Notes: generated by a model not told the origin, from the sequence alone. 34,037 bases of DNA from Leptolyngbyaceae cyanobacterium (GCA_050331235.1 JBHJHA010000052.1:1-34037), one strand, 5' to 3'; shown: positions 1-9,637, counted from the first letter of the stretch. Numbers and translations: made by a program.

Positions 1-944
1 TTCCGGTTTTTGTCGCTGGCAATCAGTTATTGGGGTTAGGGGTTGGTTTTTACTGGCCGTCTACGGAGTCCGTGGTCGCTGATATCACCTCCCCAGACAA
101 TCGCAACGAGGCCTACGCACTCGTGCGCCTCGCCGACAGCATGGGGTTGGGGCTCGGCGTCATTTTGGGCGGCATCCTGATTTCCACCACGGAACGTTAT
201 CGTCTGCTGTTTGCCATTGACGGGGTCTCGTTTCTGCTATTTTTTGCGGTGATCTATTGGGCGATCGCCGAAACGCAACCGGAGCAGAGCCGCGATCGCG
301 ATTTTTGGCAAGGTTGGGGAACCGTCTTGCAAGATCAGCTGTTACTCATCTTTGCGGCTGTCAACGTTTTGTTCACGGGCTACGTATCACAACTACAAAG
401 CACGCTGCCAGTTTACCTCAACTCGTTTGTTCCCACGGCCGCCACCCAAGGACTGACCGAAGCCGTCCTCAGTGTCCTATTTACTGGCCATGTCATTCTC
501 ACTGCAGTCCTCCAGTTGCCCGTTGCGCGGGGACTCAAAGGCTGGTCGCCGCCGCGGGCGCTGATGGTCTCAGCCTGCTTGTGGGGAACCGGTTTCACCC
601 TAGTTTGGGCTACGGGAATTGGCCTCTTTACCCGGGCTAGCTGGGGGGCTGCGTTGGCCCTGGGAATCATGGCGATCGCCGTGACCGCCTACACGCCTAT
701 TGCCTCATCTTTCGTCGTAATGCTGGCACCTGAGGCGCTGCGAGGCGTCTATTTATCTGTCAACTCTATGTGCTGGGCCATTGGCTACTTTGTGGGGCCG
801 CCCATCGGGGGGTGGGCCTTGGATCAAACAAGACCCATTACTGACGGGTTTTGGCTCGTGGCAGCCGCCAGCGTGGTACCCCTGCTCGGCATTTTGTCCG
901 CTTTAGATCGACAATTGACCCGTCAGCAAGATCGTTTTTCGTAA
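1..944 (+). CDS. MFS transporter (5' truncated by window edge)
   Basis: Frame is open from the window start. Many hydrophobic helices; MFS-like motifs VVADITSPDNRNEAYAL and LAPEALRGVYLSV...VGPPIGG. Confidence 0.9.
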   Translation, partial: PVFVAGNQLLGLGVGFYWPSTESVVADITSPDNRNEAYALVRLADSMGLGLGVILGGILISTTERYRLLFAIDGVSFLLFFAVIYWAIAETQPEQSRDRDFWQGWGTVLQDQLLLIFAAVNVLFTGYVSQLQSTLPVYLNSFVPTAATQGLTEAVLSVLFTGHVILTAVLQLPVARGLKGWSPPRALMVSACLWGTGFTLVWATGIGLFTRASWGAALALGIMAIAVTAYTPIASSFVVMLAPEALRGVYLSVNSMCWAIGYFVGPPIGGWALDQTRPITDGFWLVAAASVVPLLGILSALDRQLTRQQDRFS

Positions 945-953
945 TCGCTACCT

Positions 954-1490
954 ATGATTTCAGTGCTCAAAACCGCTTCCCATAAACTTTTCGGCATCGC
1001 CACCGGCATCGGAGTGGCGATCGCGATCGCGGGCTGTGGCGAAGTTGTCACCAATGACTTCGAAGCGATGGCCGTCACCACCTACACCTGGCGGGCAGAA
1101 TATACGCCAGACGGTGTCACCCCAGACCGACCGAGGGAAGGCCGTATCGAAGAATTTGAGACCAATTCCCTCGTGAATATGAACGGCGAACCCACCGTTG
1201 ACCCCACTGGCGAGGAAGACTCCAACGGGATCTGGTGGCCCGCCCTGCCGCCTCGACCTAGCCCCAGAGAACTCGAAGCCCGCCTCAAAGATGGCGAAAA
1301 AGTCACCAGACCACTAATTGATAAATCAGTGGAGTACACCCTCACGTTTGAACAGGGGAGCGAAGAAGTCACTCTGCCCACCAATTACACGGTTTATCGC
1401 CGGGCAGTACAGGCACATCAAGACGACCGGCCAATCAGAATTTTGCTCGGACCACAGGATGATTATGTGCAAAAGGCCGAAATTCAGTAG
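954..1490 (+). CDS. Hypothetical lipoprotein
   Basis: 178 aa ORF 9 nt after the MFS stop. Basic N-terminus, hydrophobic stretch, lipobox-like IAGC. Confidence 0.75.
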   Translation: MISVLKTASHKLFGIATGIGVAIAIAGCGEVVTNDFEAMAVTTYTWRAEYTPDGVTPDRPREGRIEEFETNSLVNMNGEPTVDPTGEEDSNGIWWPALPPRPSPRELEARLKDGEKVTRPLIDKSVEYTLTFEQGSEEVTLPTNYTVYRRAVQAHQDDRPIRILLGPQDDYVQKAEIQ

Positions 1491-1547
1491 GGTGGAGGAG
1501 CATAGAATATGTCATTCCCTCACTGAAGTTACTGCTACCGAGCCCCC

Positions 1548-1817
1548 ATGGAAGATCGCGATCGCACACCCCCCGGCATGAGCCCTGAAAAATACAAGCG
1601 GCTGATGGCTGAGGCCAAAGCGCCCTACAAAGGACTGCGGAAATTTGTCTACGGGACTTTTGCGGCTTCAGGGGCGATTGGTGCCTTTATATTTTTGAGC
1701 CAGGTCCTGGCTGGGCGTGAGGTTGGCACAGCCTTACCGAATTTAGCACTACAAATCGGTGTCGTCGCCCTCATGGTATTCCTGTTTCGCCTTGAGAGCC
1801 GCCAGCCTAAAAAATAA
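1548..1817 (+). CDS. DUF3493-family small membrane protein (alternative start 1578)
   Basis: RLMAEAKAPYKGLRKFVYGTFAASGAIG followed by two TM helices, typical of cyanobacterial DUF3493. Confidence 0.8.
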   Translation: MEDRDRTPPGMSPEKYKRLMAEAKAPYKGLRKFVYGTFAASGAIGAFIFLSQVLAGREVGTALPNLALQIGVVALMVFLFRLESRQPKK

Positions 1818-2609
1818 ATCTGACTGCGACCCATCACCTTTAGCGGCAACCCATGGGAGATGTCTCTGAACGGTAAGGATACGACTGCAGCACGACTGCG
1901 CAGTTCTCTCAATCGCCCCAGCTCGGTGCTGTCAGTCTAAAAACCCACAGGTCAGCTACCTCCCTTCAGCTGACCATCGGTAAGTGCATACATCGGCAAA
2001 GGCCACCCTTGCAGCCAGGACCTCATCCCCTGAACCTGCCTCCTGACAACTGTCCGGAGTTGATTGACCGATTACACAAAAATCAACACTGTGGATTGCA
2101 AGATTTATGCAAAGGAAACTCCGATCTCTTTAAAGAAATCGTATAAATCTACACTTCAGTATTCCTCTGTAAAAACTAGTTAACTTAGGGTTAATACATC
2201 AGCATTTACCACACCGTCGAAACACGGAGATATCAAGGGAATTTGTTGGTCTCGGCTTGATACCTGCTTATCGATAGTTACTCTGTCATACCCCGTGATG
2301 GATGATTAGCCCGGTCGGCAGTCATCGATGCGATCGCACCATTCCGTCGATAGGTCGTCTACCCTTGCCCCCTTCGCTTGACCTGAATTTGACCTTCAGT
2401 TCAGGAATTAGCTGATTCATCAACTGATAGTTTGCCCTCAAGATGATGTCCCTCCTTGGGGCAATTTTTCGACTGCTCCAAGAGCACGGCGACCCCGGTC
2501 ATTGATCCGGAGTTCCTAGCTGGTGCACTCAACTTTTCCACGTCAATCAACGCTGGTTTTCATTTAACCAAATCGCTTTATCAACAGTTGCGCCGTCAAG
2601 GATTCCACC

Positions 2610-4508
2610 ATGTTTATCAACGAAATTTTATTTGATGTTCCTGGTAACAATAATGACTTTACCTCGCAATATGTAGAGTTACGGGGAGAAGCCAATACCG
2701 AGATCGCGGATGACATCTATTTACTAGAAATTGATGGCGATGCCGTAGACGAATCCAATAACGATCACCGAGGCAAGATCGAACACGTTTTCTCCCTCGG
2801 TGGACTCAAGTTTGGGGCCAATGGTTTCTTAGTTTTGCGGCAAGAAAGTAGCCCCTACACCCCTGATCCTAATGCCAGTGTCGAGACGGCCAATATCGCC
2901 GGTTGGGGCACAACTTTTTCCAACGAACTGCAGCCCTTTGAGTTTGGCTCCAACAGCTTCTTGCTCGTTAAAAGTGCGGTTGCCCCAATTCCAGATGAAG
3001 ATGTCGACAGCGATAACGACGGCACCCTAGACGGAGGGACTTCTCCAAATTGGCAAATTTTAGATGCGATCGGTAGCTTAGACGGCGATGACAACGATAC
3101 CGCCTACGGCAAAATCAACTTCAGCAACAATGGCAAGGGGCAATCCAACGGTGAGATTGTCAACTTAAGCGACTCGGGCGAAGGCTTCAACCCTGACTAT
3201 ATTGGGCGCAACGGTAACTCCACAGGGGCCACTGCGACTGACTGGGTCGCGGCCCAACTAGAAGGCACCCCTCCCAACCTCAGCCTGACCTCAGCCAAAA
3301 CCAGCCTCTCGGGCCTAGCTGGCCAAGCCCTAAATCACATTGGCCAAGCTAATGCTGCTAGAGACACTGAAGCTCCTCAGTTCACTAGCATCACTCGTCA
3401 GACACCAACGACAAACCCGACCGATGCGGATGAGCTAGTTTTTCGGGCCGTATTTAGCGAAGCAGTGCAAAATGTCACCGCTGCCGACTTTGAGGTCACG
3501 GGCGTCACGGGCACAACGTTGACCGTTCGAACGGTTAGCGGTTCCACCTACGAGCTCTTGGTATCGGGGGGCAACTTGGCTAACTACAGTGGCTCTGTGG
3601 GTATCAATCTTGCTCCCAATCAAGACATCACCGATTTACTGAACAATGCCCTGGTGGGGAGTGAGCCGGCGATCGATCAAACCTACAGCATCCGTAATGA
3701 GACCGCGTCTGCAACGCCGGCGGCGTTGAAGACGCTGCCCAACAGCTTTATGTTCAGCTTTGAACAGTACATTGAATTTCAAGCCATTAGCCAAGGACAA
3801 TCCTATCAAAGCTCACTGTTTCCCTTGGATTTAGAAATTGGTGGCTTAAAAATCGCTTCTCTCTTTGATGAGATGCACTACCTCAACAAAAATCCGGATG
3901 TCGCCAGTGCTGTGGAACAAGGCATTTTCAACTACGGGTTCGAGCACTTTTTAATCTACGGCATCCATGAAGGCCGTAACCCTGCCAGTTGGTTTGATGA
4001 AAGTCAATATGTCACAGACAATCCGGATGTTTTAGCCGCTATCTATCGCGGTGAAATCTCCAGCGGGATCCTGCATTTTCTCCAGTCTGGCCACTTCGAA
4101 AATCGCCAAACGGGCACCTTTTTTGACGGTCAAGACTACCTACTCAACAACCCAGATGTCAAGGGCGCCATTGAAAATCAGCAAGGTTTTACTAGTGCCT
4201 TTCATCATTACATCGAGGCTGGCGCTAAAGAGGGAAGGCTTCCTTATTTCCTCTTTGAAGAAGCTTATTATCTATTGCAAAATCCAGATGTCGCCGCCGC
4301 GCTCCAGACCGGCCAATATGACTCTGGGTTGGACCACTTTGTCCGTCAGGGGCAGTCAGAGGGTCGTCGTCCTTCCTCCTGGTTTGATGAGAGTGTCTAC
4401 TTGGCCAATTACCGTGATGTAGCCGCAGCCATTAGTCAGCAGATCTTTGCGAGTGCCTTTGAGCATTTTGTCACCTACGGGCAAGCTGAGGGGCGGTTCA
4501 GCATCTAA
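2610..4508 (+). CDS. Putative surface protein: lamin-tail-like N-domain, Ig-like domain, five C-terminal FDExYYLxxNPDV...HF...EGR repeats
   Basis: N-terminal FINEILFDVPG...QYVELRG (LTD-like), acidic D-rich segments, DTEAPQFTSITRQ...FSEAVQNV Ig-like unit, repeats at 3864-4505. Confidence 0.8.
   Translation: MFINEILFDVPGNNNDFTSQYVELRGEANTEIADDIYLLEIDGDAVDESNNDHRGKIEHVFSLGGLKFGANGFLVLRQESSPYTPDPNASVETANIAGWGTTFSNELQPFEFGSNSFLLVKSAVAPIPDEDVDSDNDGTLDGGTSPNWQILDAIGSLDGDDNDTAYGKINFSNNGKGQSNGEIVNLSDSGEGFNPDYIGRNGNSTGATATDWVAAQLEGTPPNLSLTSAKTSLSGLAGQALNHIGQANAARDTEAPQFTSITRQTPTTNPTDADELVFRAVFSEAVQNVTAADFEVTGVTGTTLTVRTVSGSTYELLVSGGNLANYSGSVGINLAPNQDITDLLNNALVGSEPAIDQTYSIRNETASATPAALKTLPNSFMFSFEQYIEFQAISQGQSYQSSLFPLDLEIGGLKIASLFDEMHYLNKNPDVASAVEQGIFNYGFEHFLIYGIHEGRNPASWFDESQYVTDNPDVLAAIYRGEISSGILHFLQSGHFENRQTGTFFDGQDYLLNNPDVKGAIENQQGFTSAFHHYIEAGAKEGRLPYFLFEEAYYLLQNPDVAAALQTGQYDSGLDHFVRQGQSEGRRPSSWFDESVYLANYRDVAAAISQQIFASAFEHFVTYGQAEGRFSI
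3864..4505 (+). repeat. Five tandem ~43-aa coding repeats (cassette copy 1)
   Basis: Units begin FDEMHYL, FDESQYV, FDGQDYL, FEEAYYL, FDESVYL; each has DV, H[FY] and E[GN]R. Confidence 0.9.
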
Positions 4509-5107
4509 ATCTGACATCTGCTGGGCGGTTCATCAGGCGATCGCACCTTTCCAATCGCGATCGCCCAACGCTATTTCATTCTGCATGGCATCACGTTAGT
4601 ACCGGTACTCTCCTTGACGACGATTGATACACATATTCTCACCTGGCGAAAAACCGTGTATTTATGTAAAGACTTCCGCAATGCAACGGCAGTATATTCT
4701 CTGAAGCGGTGTTTTTTCAGACGTCAGCGTTAGGAACGAATCATCAAAATATGGACGAGGGTAGCAGATTAAGACACTCTGTTCGACCAGGGACTGCTGC
4801 TACCTCAGCCCCTAAAATCGGCAACCATACCAGTTCTGAAAAGTAGTCTTACGGAGCGGGGAACCCCGCTGTTACTGTCCTTTGGTCTTTGATGTTGAGC
4901 CCAAGCTTGGCGGATTGGTATTCAATCCTTGCTGATTGAAACTGTGCTCAAAATTTTATTGGGTCACCCCTCAACTTCGAGGCCGGTTATTGGTTCTGTA
5001 CAAGTTTGTCACCCCTTAGGTCAATGGGCTCTCAGCCCCACGAGAGCTTATGTCCTCGGGGCAACCCAGTTGTACCTATTTATTCGCATCTACCAAAAAT
5101 ATCCTCT

Positions 5108-6844
5108 ATGTCATTAACGATCGGTGATATCGGCTTTGTTCAGTACAACGCTGACGGAACAGACAATTTTGCTTTTGTGGCCCTAGTTGACATCGCTACC
5201 GGCGAAACGATCAAGTTTACTGACAATGGCTGGTTGGGCAACGACTCTGGCTTTCGCACAGGTGAAGGCGTAATCACTTGGACTGCGCCAGCAGGCGGTG
5301 TCACAGCAGGTACCGTGGTCACTATCGATGTGACCCCTACGACTTCTTCTGGGTCTGTCGTCGAAACCGGCAGCTTAAATTTCAGCGGTAGCGGCGATCA
5401 AATCATCGCCTATCAGGAAATTGGGGGCAACCTCACGCCAATTGCGGCCCTCAACAATGAGGAGAGCGCCACCTTTCAAGCGGATGCCACAAGCTCTAAT
5501 ACTTCAGCTTTACCCGCAGGCTTGGTCGAGGGTGCCAGCGCTGTGGCGTTATCTGAACAAGACAATGCAGTCTACAGCGGACCCACCTCAGGCGATCGCG
5601 CCACGCTGCTAACGGCGTTAAACAGTGCCGCTAATTGGACTGGGAGTGACTCAACCAATCAGACCTTTTCTGCCACGTTTAACGTTTTATCAACGGACAT
5701 AACTGTCCCAACTTTGGTCAGTATTACTCGACAGGCCCCCGCCGCCAACCCCACAGGTGACGATACGCTGGTTTTCTTAGCAACCTTCAGTGAAGATGTG
5801 CAAAACGTTGATGCTAGCGATTTTCAGGCGGTGGGTACCAGCGCCAATGTCAGCAGTGTCACGTCGGTGACGGCCTCCACTTACAGCATCACCCTGTCAG
5901 GGGGCAATCTGGCTACCCTCAACGGGAGTGTCGGCCTGAATCTAGCCGTTGGTCAAACCATTCAAGACCTGGTCGGCAATGCCTTGCCGAGTGTGGAGCC
6001 AACCACTGACGAAAGCTTCAACCTGGTGAATATCCCAGACTCGATAGGCAATATGACCCCGTTGGCTGTGGGTTTAACCGACGTCGTGTTTACCTTGGCG
6101 CAGACGATCCAATTTCAGCAATTCAACTCAGATCGAACTTTTCCCGGTTTAGCGATCGCCCTCGAAACCGAAATTGGGGGATTAAATATCGCCTCACTCT
6201 TTGACGAAAGTTACTATCTTAACCATAACCCAGACGTTGCTAACGCAGTTCGGCAGGGCATCTTCGCCTATGGATTTCAGCATTTCCTTGCCTACGGCAT
6301 CCGCGAAGGTCGCAACCCAGCTAGTTGGTTCGACGAGGCCGATTATTTAGCCAGCTATGCCGACGTCAACGCAGCCATCGAACAAGGCCAGGTTGCCAGC
6401 GGCATTGAGCATTACTTGACCATTGGCCACCGAGAAAACCGGAACCCGAGTCGCTGGTTCGATGCTCGGGACTATCTCCTCAAGAATCCTGACGTCAATG
6501 CCTCAGTCACCGGCGGCTCAGGGTTTGTCAGTGCCTTTGAGCACTACCTTGAGGCTGGCAGTCGAGAAGGTAGACTATCGCGACTGCTGTTTGAGGAAGC
6601 ATTCTATCTGTTCAGGAATCCTGACGTGGCAGCCGCAGTAAATGACGGCGTTTTTGAGAATGGACTGGAGCATTTTGCCCGTTATGGTCAGTCCGAAGGT
6701 CGCGATCCGTCTCCCTTCTTTAATCAAAGCACCTACTTGACCCGCTACAGTGATGTAGCAGCCGCAGTTACGGCAGGTGCTTTTGCCAGCGCCTTTGAGC
6801 ACTTCGTGACCTATGGGCGAGCGGAGGGGCGATTGGCCATTTAA
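5108..6844 (+). CDS. Putative surface protein, paralog of 2610-4508 with a different N-domain, the same Ig-like unit and five C-terminal repeats
   Basis: Likely start MSLTIGDIGFVQYNADGTDNFAFVAL...FTDNGW, an N-terminus seen in extracellular proteins. Ig-like DITVPTLVSITRQ...FSEDVQNV. Repeats at 6200-6841. Confidence 0.8.
   Translation: MSLTIGDIGFVQYNADGTDNFAFVALVDIATGETIKFTDNGWLGNDSGFRTGEGVITWTAPAGGVTAGTVVTIDVTPTTSSGSVVETGSLNFSGSGDQIIAYQEIGGNLTPIAALNNEESATFQADATSSNTSALPAGLVEGASAVALSEQDNAVYSGPTSGDRATLLTALNSAANWTGSDSTNQTFSATFNVLSTDITVPTLVSITRQAPAANPTGDDTLVFLATFSEDVQNVDASDFQAVGTSANVSSVTSVTASTYSITLSGGNLATLNGSVGLNLAVGQTIQDLVGNALPSVEPTTDESFNLVNIPDSIGNMTPLAVGLTDVVFTLAQTIQFQQFNSDRTFPGLAIALETEIGGLNIASLFDESYYLNHNPDVANAVRQGIFAYGFQHFLAYGIREGRNPASWFDEADYLASYADVNAAIEQGQVASGIEHYLTIGHRENRNPSRWFDARDYLLKNPDVNASVTGGSGFVSAFEHYLEAGSREGRLSRLLFEEAFYLFRNPDVAAAVNDGVFENGLEHFARYGQSEGRDPSPFFNQSTYLTRYSDVAAAVTAGAFASAFEHFVTYGRAEGRLAI
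6200..6841 (+). repeat. Five tandem ~43-aa coding repeats (cassette copy 2)
   Basis: Units begin FDESYYL, FDEADYL, FDARDYL, FEEAFYL, FNQSTYL. Same length (642 nt) as copy 1. Confidence 0.9.
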
Positions 6845-6900
6845 GCTGGCTAGGTCACAGATAAATTTCAACGACTGACAGCGGGCTCTACCTCCAGTCG

Positions 6901-9270
6901 CTAGGCAAGCACTTCATCGTCGGTCAACCGGCGTTCGACCGCGAGCCCCCAAATAGCTGTCAGTTCCGTCACCTGACAGGTGATTAATGGGGTTCCGTCC
7001 TGGGCTAACACATTGAAGGGAACATCTGACTGGCCAACCGTTCCGAGGGCTTGCCAGTGTCCCTTTAGCTGTTGCTCCAGGTAAGCCTCCCAGTCAGCGA
7101 TCGCCTCCGGCGCCACTGACACCACGATGCGAGCCCCACCTTCACCAAATAAAATTCGATCCCAACGGGTGGCAGCTTCAGCCTGATCAGAAATTTCAAA
7201 CATGCCCCCCCGTTGGCCGCTGATGCAGGCTTCGGCCAAGGCTACAGCCAGGCCGCCCTCAGCACAATCATGGGCAGACTGAATCCAGCCCTGATGAATG
7301 CCAAACCGACAAACGGCCTGCACCATTTTTTCGAGCTCGACTTGCACCTGCGGGGGCCGACCAGCCACCGTTTGGTGTACCACAGCTAGATATTCCGTCG
7401 CGCCAAGGGTAACACCATCGGCAGTCGCAGCGGTTTCTTCGACCCTGACACCCAGCAGATAAACGCCATCTCCCGCTTGCCGCCAGCCTTGGCCGCGCGC
7501 CTGGGTCACGTCCTCAAGCAGCCCGACCATGCCAACTACGGGCGTTGGATAGATGGGGGTCGGCTTCCCTTCACTGTCGAGCGTTTCGTTGTAGAGCGAG
7601 ACGTTGCCACCGGTCACCGGAGTCCCAAACTCGCGACAGCCATCGGCTAAGCCACGGGTCGCTTCGGCGAGTTGCCAATAGCCCACCGGTTTTTCGGGGC
7701 TACCAAAATTGAGGTTGTCGGTGACTGCCACAGGGACAGCCCCCACACAGCTGAGATTGCGGGCGGCTTCGGCGATCGCGCCCTTAGCTCCCTCATAGGG
7801 ATCGAGATAGACATAGCGGCCATTACAGTCGACCGTAGCCGCCAAACCCTTACGGGTGTTAACAAATTCAGCGGCCTGAGCGCCCGTTTGTGGCCGCAGG
7901 CGAATCACCGCCGCATCGGCACCGCCGGGGAGCATGACCGTATTATTCTGCACCTGATGATCATATTGCCGATAGACCCAGCGCTTTGACGCAATCGTGG
8001 GGCTATCAAGCAACTGTTCCAGGACACGATTCCAGGAGCGCACCCCGTCCGCCAACTGCAAGCCGGCGCGATCGCACGCTGGTAGCTCCGACTCTGACCA
8101 TTGGCGCGCCTGCTGCACATAGTCAGGCAAATCACTCATCAGCTCACGATGATACAGTGGCGTATCGTCCGCCAGCGCCTTAGCAGGAATTTCCGCAGCA
8201 ATTTCTCCTTGGAAACGAATCCGGACGATAGGCTCAGCGATCACACGGCCCACCACCACTGCATGGAGTCCCCACCGCTCAAAAATATTGATCAGTTCCT
8301 GTTCTCGCCCCTGCTCAGCCACAAACAACATGCGCTCTTGGGACTCCGACAGCAAATACTCATAGGGCACCATACCCGTTTCGCGGCTGGGTACCCGGTC
8401 TAAATCAACGTCTACCCCCACGCCGCCATTGGCCGCCATCTCTGAGGTAGAGCAGGTGATGCCCGCTGCTCCCATATCTTGTGCCGCGACCACGGCCCCA
8501 GTTTTAAATGCTTCTAAACAGGCTTCGACCAGCGATTTTTCCAGAAAAGGATCACCCACCTGCACCGCGGGGCGATCATCCTGCGACTCGTTGGTGAGTT
8601 CTGCACTGGCAAAGCTGGCTCCCCCCATGCCGTCGCGACCGGTGGTAGAGCCCACATACAGTACTGGGTTATCGATACCCGAGGCCCCCGATTTGACAAT
8701 ATCTGGGGTTTCCATCAAACCGATCGCCATGGCGTTGACCAGAGGATTGCCGGCATAGGCCGCATCAAAGGCCACCTCGCCCCCCACAGTGGGCACCCCA
8801 AAGCAATTACCATAATGGGCAATCCCCGAAACCACCCCACTTAAAATGCGCCGCGTCCGCGCGTTATCCAACGGACCAAAGCGCAGTGCATTCAAGACGG
8901 CAATAGGGCGCGCCCCCATGGTGAAGATATCCCGCAAAATGCCCCCTACGCCAGTGGCCGCTCCTTGAAACGGTTCCACCGCCGAAGGATGATTGTGCGA
9001 CTCAATTTTGAAGGCGACCCGTAAACCATCACCAGCATCAATGACGCCGGCATTTTCTCCGGGGCCCACCAAGATGCGATCGCCCTCGGTCGGAAACTGC
9101 TTAAGCAATGGCCGTGAGTTTTTGTAGCAGCAATGCTCCGACCACATCACGCCAAACATGCCTAGCTCAGCTCGATTGGGATGCCGCCCCAACCGGCGCA
9201 CAATCTCTTCATACTCATCGGGCTTGATGCCCTCCGAGACAATCTCTTCGGCAGAAAACGGCGCTACCAT
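6901..9270 (-). CDS. purL: Phosphoribosylformylglycinamidine synthase subunit PurL
   Basis: [44 protein letters not shown] motifs; 789 aa small-type PurL. Confidence 0.98.
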   Translation of the reverse strand: MVAPFSAEEIVSEGIKPDEYEEIVRRLGRHPNRAELGMFGVMWSEHCCYKNSRPLLKQFPTEGDRILVGPGENAGVIDAGDGLRVAFKIESHNHPSAVEPFQGAATGVGGILRDIFTMGARPIAVLNALRFGPLDNARTRRILSGVVSGIAHYGNCFGVPTVGGEVAFDAAYAGNPLVNAMAIGLMETPDIVKSGASGIDNPVLYVGSTTGRDGMGGASFASAELTNESQDDRPAVQVGDPFLEKSLVEACLEAFKTGAVVAAQDMGAAGITCSTSEMAANGGVGVDVDLDRVPSRETGMVPYEYLLSESQERMLFVAEQGREQELINIFERWGLHAVVVGRVIAEPIVRIRFQGEIAAEIPAKALADDTPLYHRELMSDLPDYVQQARQWSESELPACDRAGLQLADGVRSWNRVLEQLLDSPTIASKRWVYRQYDHQVQNNTVMLPGGADAAVIRLRPQTGAQAAEFVNTRKGLAATVDCNGRYVYLDPYEGAKGAIAEAARNLSCVGAVPVAVTDNLNFGSPEKPVGYWQLAEATRGLADGCREFGTPVTGGNVSLYNETLDSEGKPTPIYPTPVVGMVGLLEDVTQARGQGWRQAGDGVYLLGVRVEETAATADGVTLGATEYLAVVHQTVAGRPPQVQVELEKMVQAVCRFGIHQGWIQSAHDCAEGGLAVALAEACISGQRGGMFEISDQAEAATRWDRILFGEGGARIVVSVAPEAIADWEAYLEQQLKGHWQALGTVGQSDVPFNVLAQDGTPLITCQVTELTAIWGLAVERRLTDDEVLA

Positions 9271-9487
9271 GGGAGGCCAACCTAAATGAATGATGGAAAC
9301 CGCCCCATTTTACCTCCGAACTCACGAGTTCCTGATGTGGTCTGGCACCGATGGCGACGAATCTTCCGCTGATCTCACCGTTGGTGCCGTCGGTATCCGA
9401 TTTCCAGCAAACCTACGTGTGATCCCTATCACCCTATCAAGTGATAGAGATCCTTTGCGGAATTCACTTAGTTGAAGATACTGATAA

Positions 9488-9563
9488 GGACTCAACTCTA
9501 GCCGAGTCATCTACAGGGAACACACATAGACCGACAGGCACACGGGAGTCCTGTCGGTTTTTT
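9488..9563 (+). ncRNA. Candidate small RNA (possibly PsrR1/SyR1-like)
   Basis: 5' hairpin GACTC/GAGTC (9489-9508), single-stranded GGGAACACACATAG, then terminator ACCGACAGG/CCTGTCGGT plus T-run. No + strand gene upstream needs this terminator. The family call is from recollection only. Confidence 0.5.
9530..9563 (+). terminator. Rho-independent terminator
   Basis: 9-bp stem 9530-9538/9550-9558 running into a T tract that ends at 9563. Confidence 0.8.
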
Positions 9564-9637
9564 ATTGATCGACAAGGTTTTTCCATCAGTAGTGCCACAT
9601 CTGGCTAGCGATAGGTACTCACAACTGCTCACCCTTA

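Noticed and set aside
2141..2154. GTATAAATCTACAC as an NtcA site
   Set aside because: GTA-to-TAC spacing is 6, not 8.
4815..4870. GGCAAC...GAAA segment as a c-di-GMP-I riboswitch
   Set aside because: It lacks the GGCAAA / GACGCAAAG pattern and proper P2/P3 stems.
5006..5107. Upstream TTG start for surface gene 2
   Set aside because: The extension is not protein-like and overlaps the hairpin-rich leader; the domain starts at ATG 5108.
3864..6841. Repeats read as a CRISPR array or DGR template/variable pair
   Set aside because: The repeats are degenerate, in-frame and conserved at protein level. There are no spacers, no cas or reverse transcriptase gene, and no adenine-specific differences were evident.
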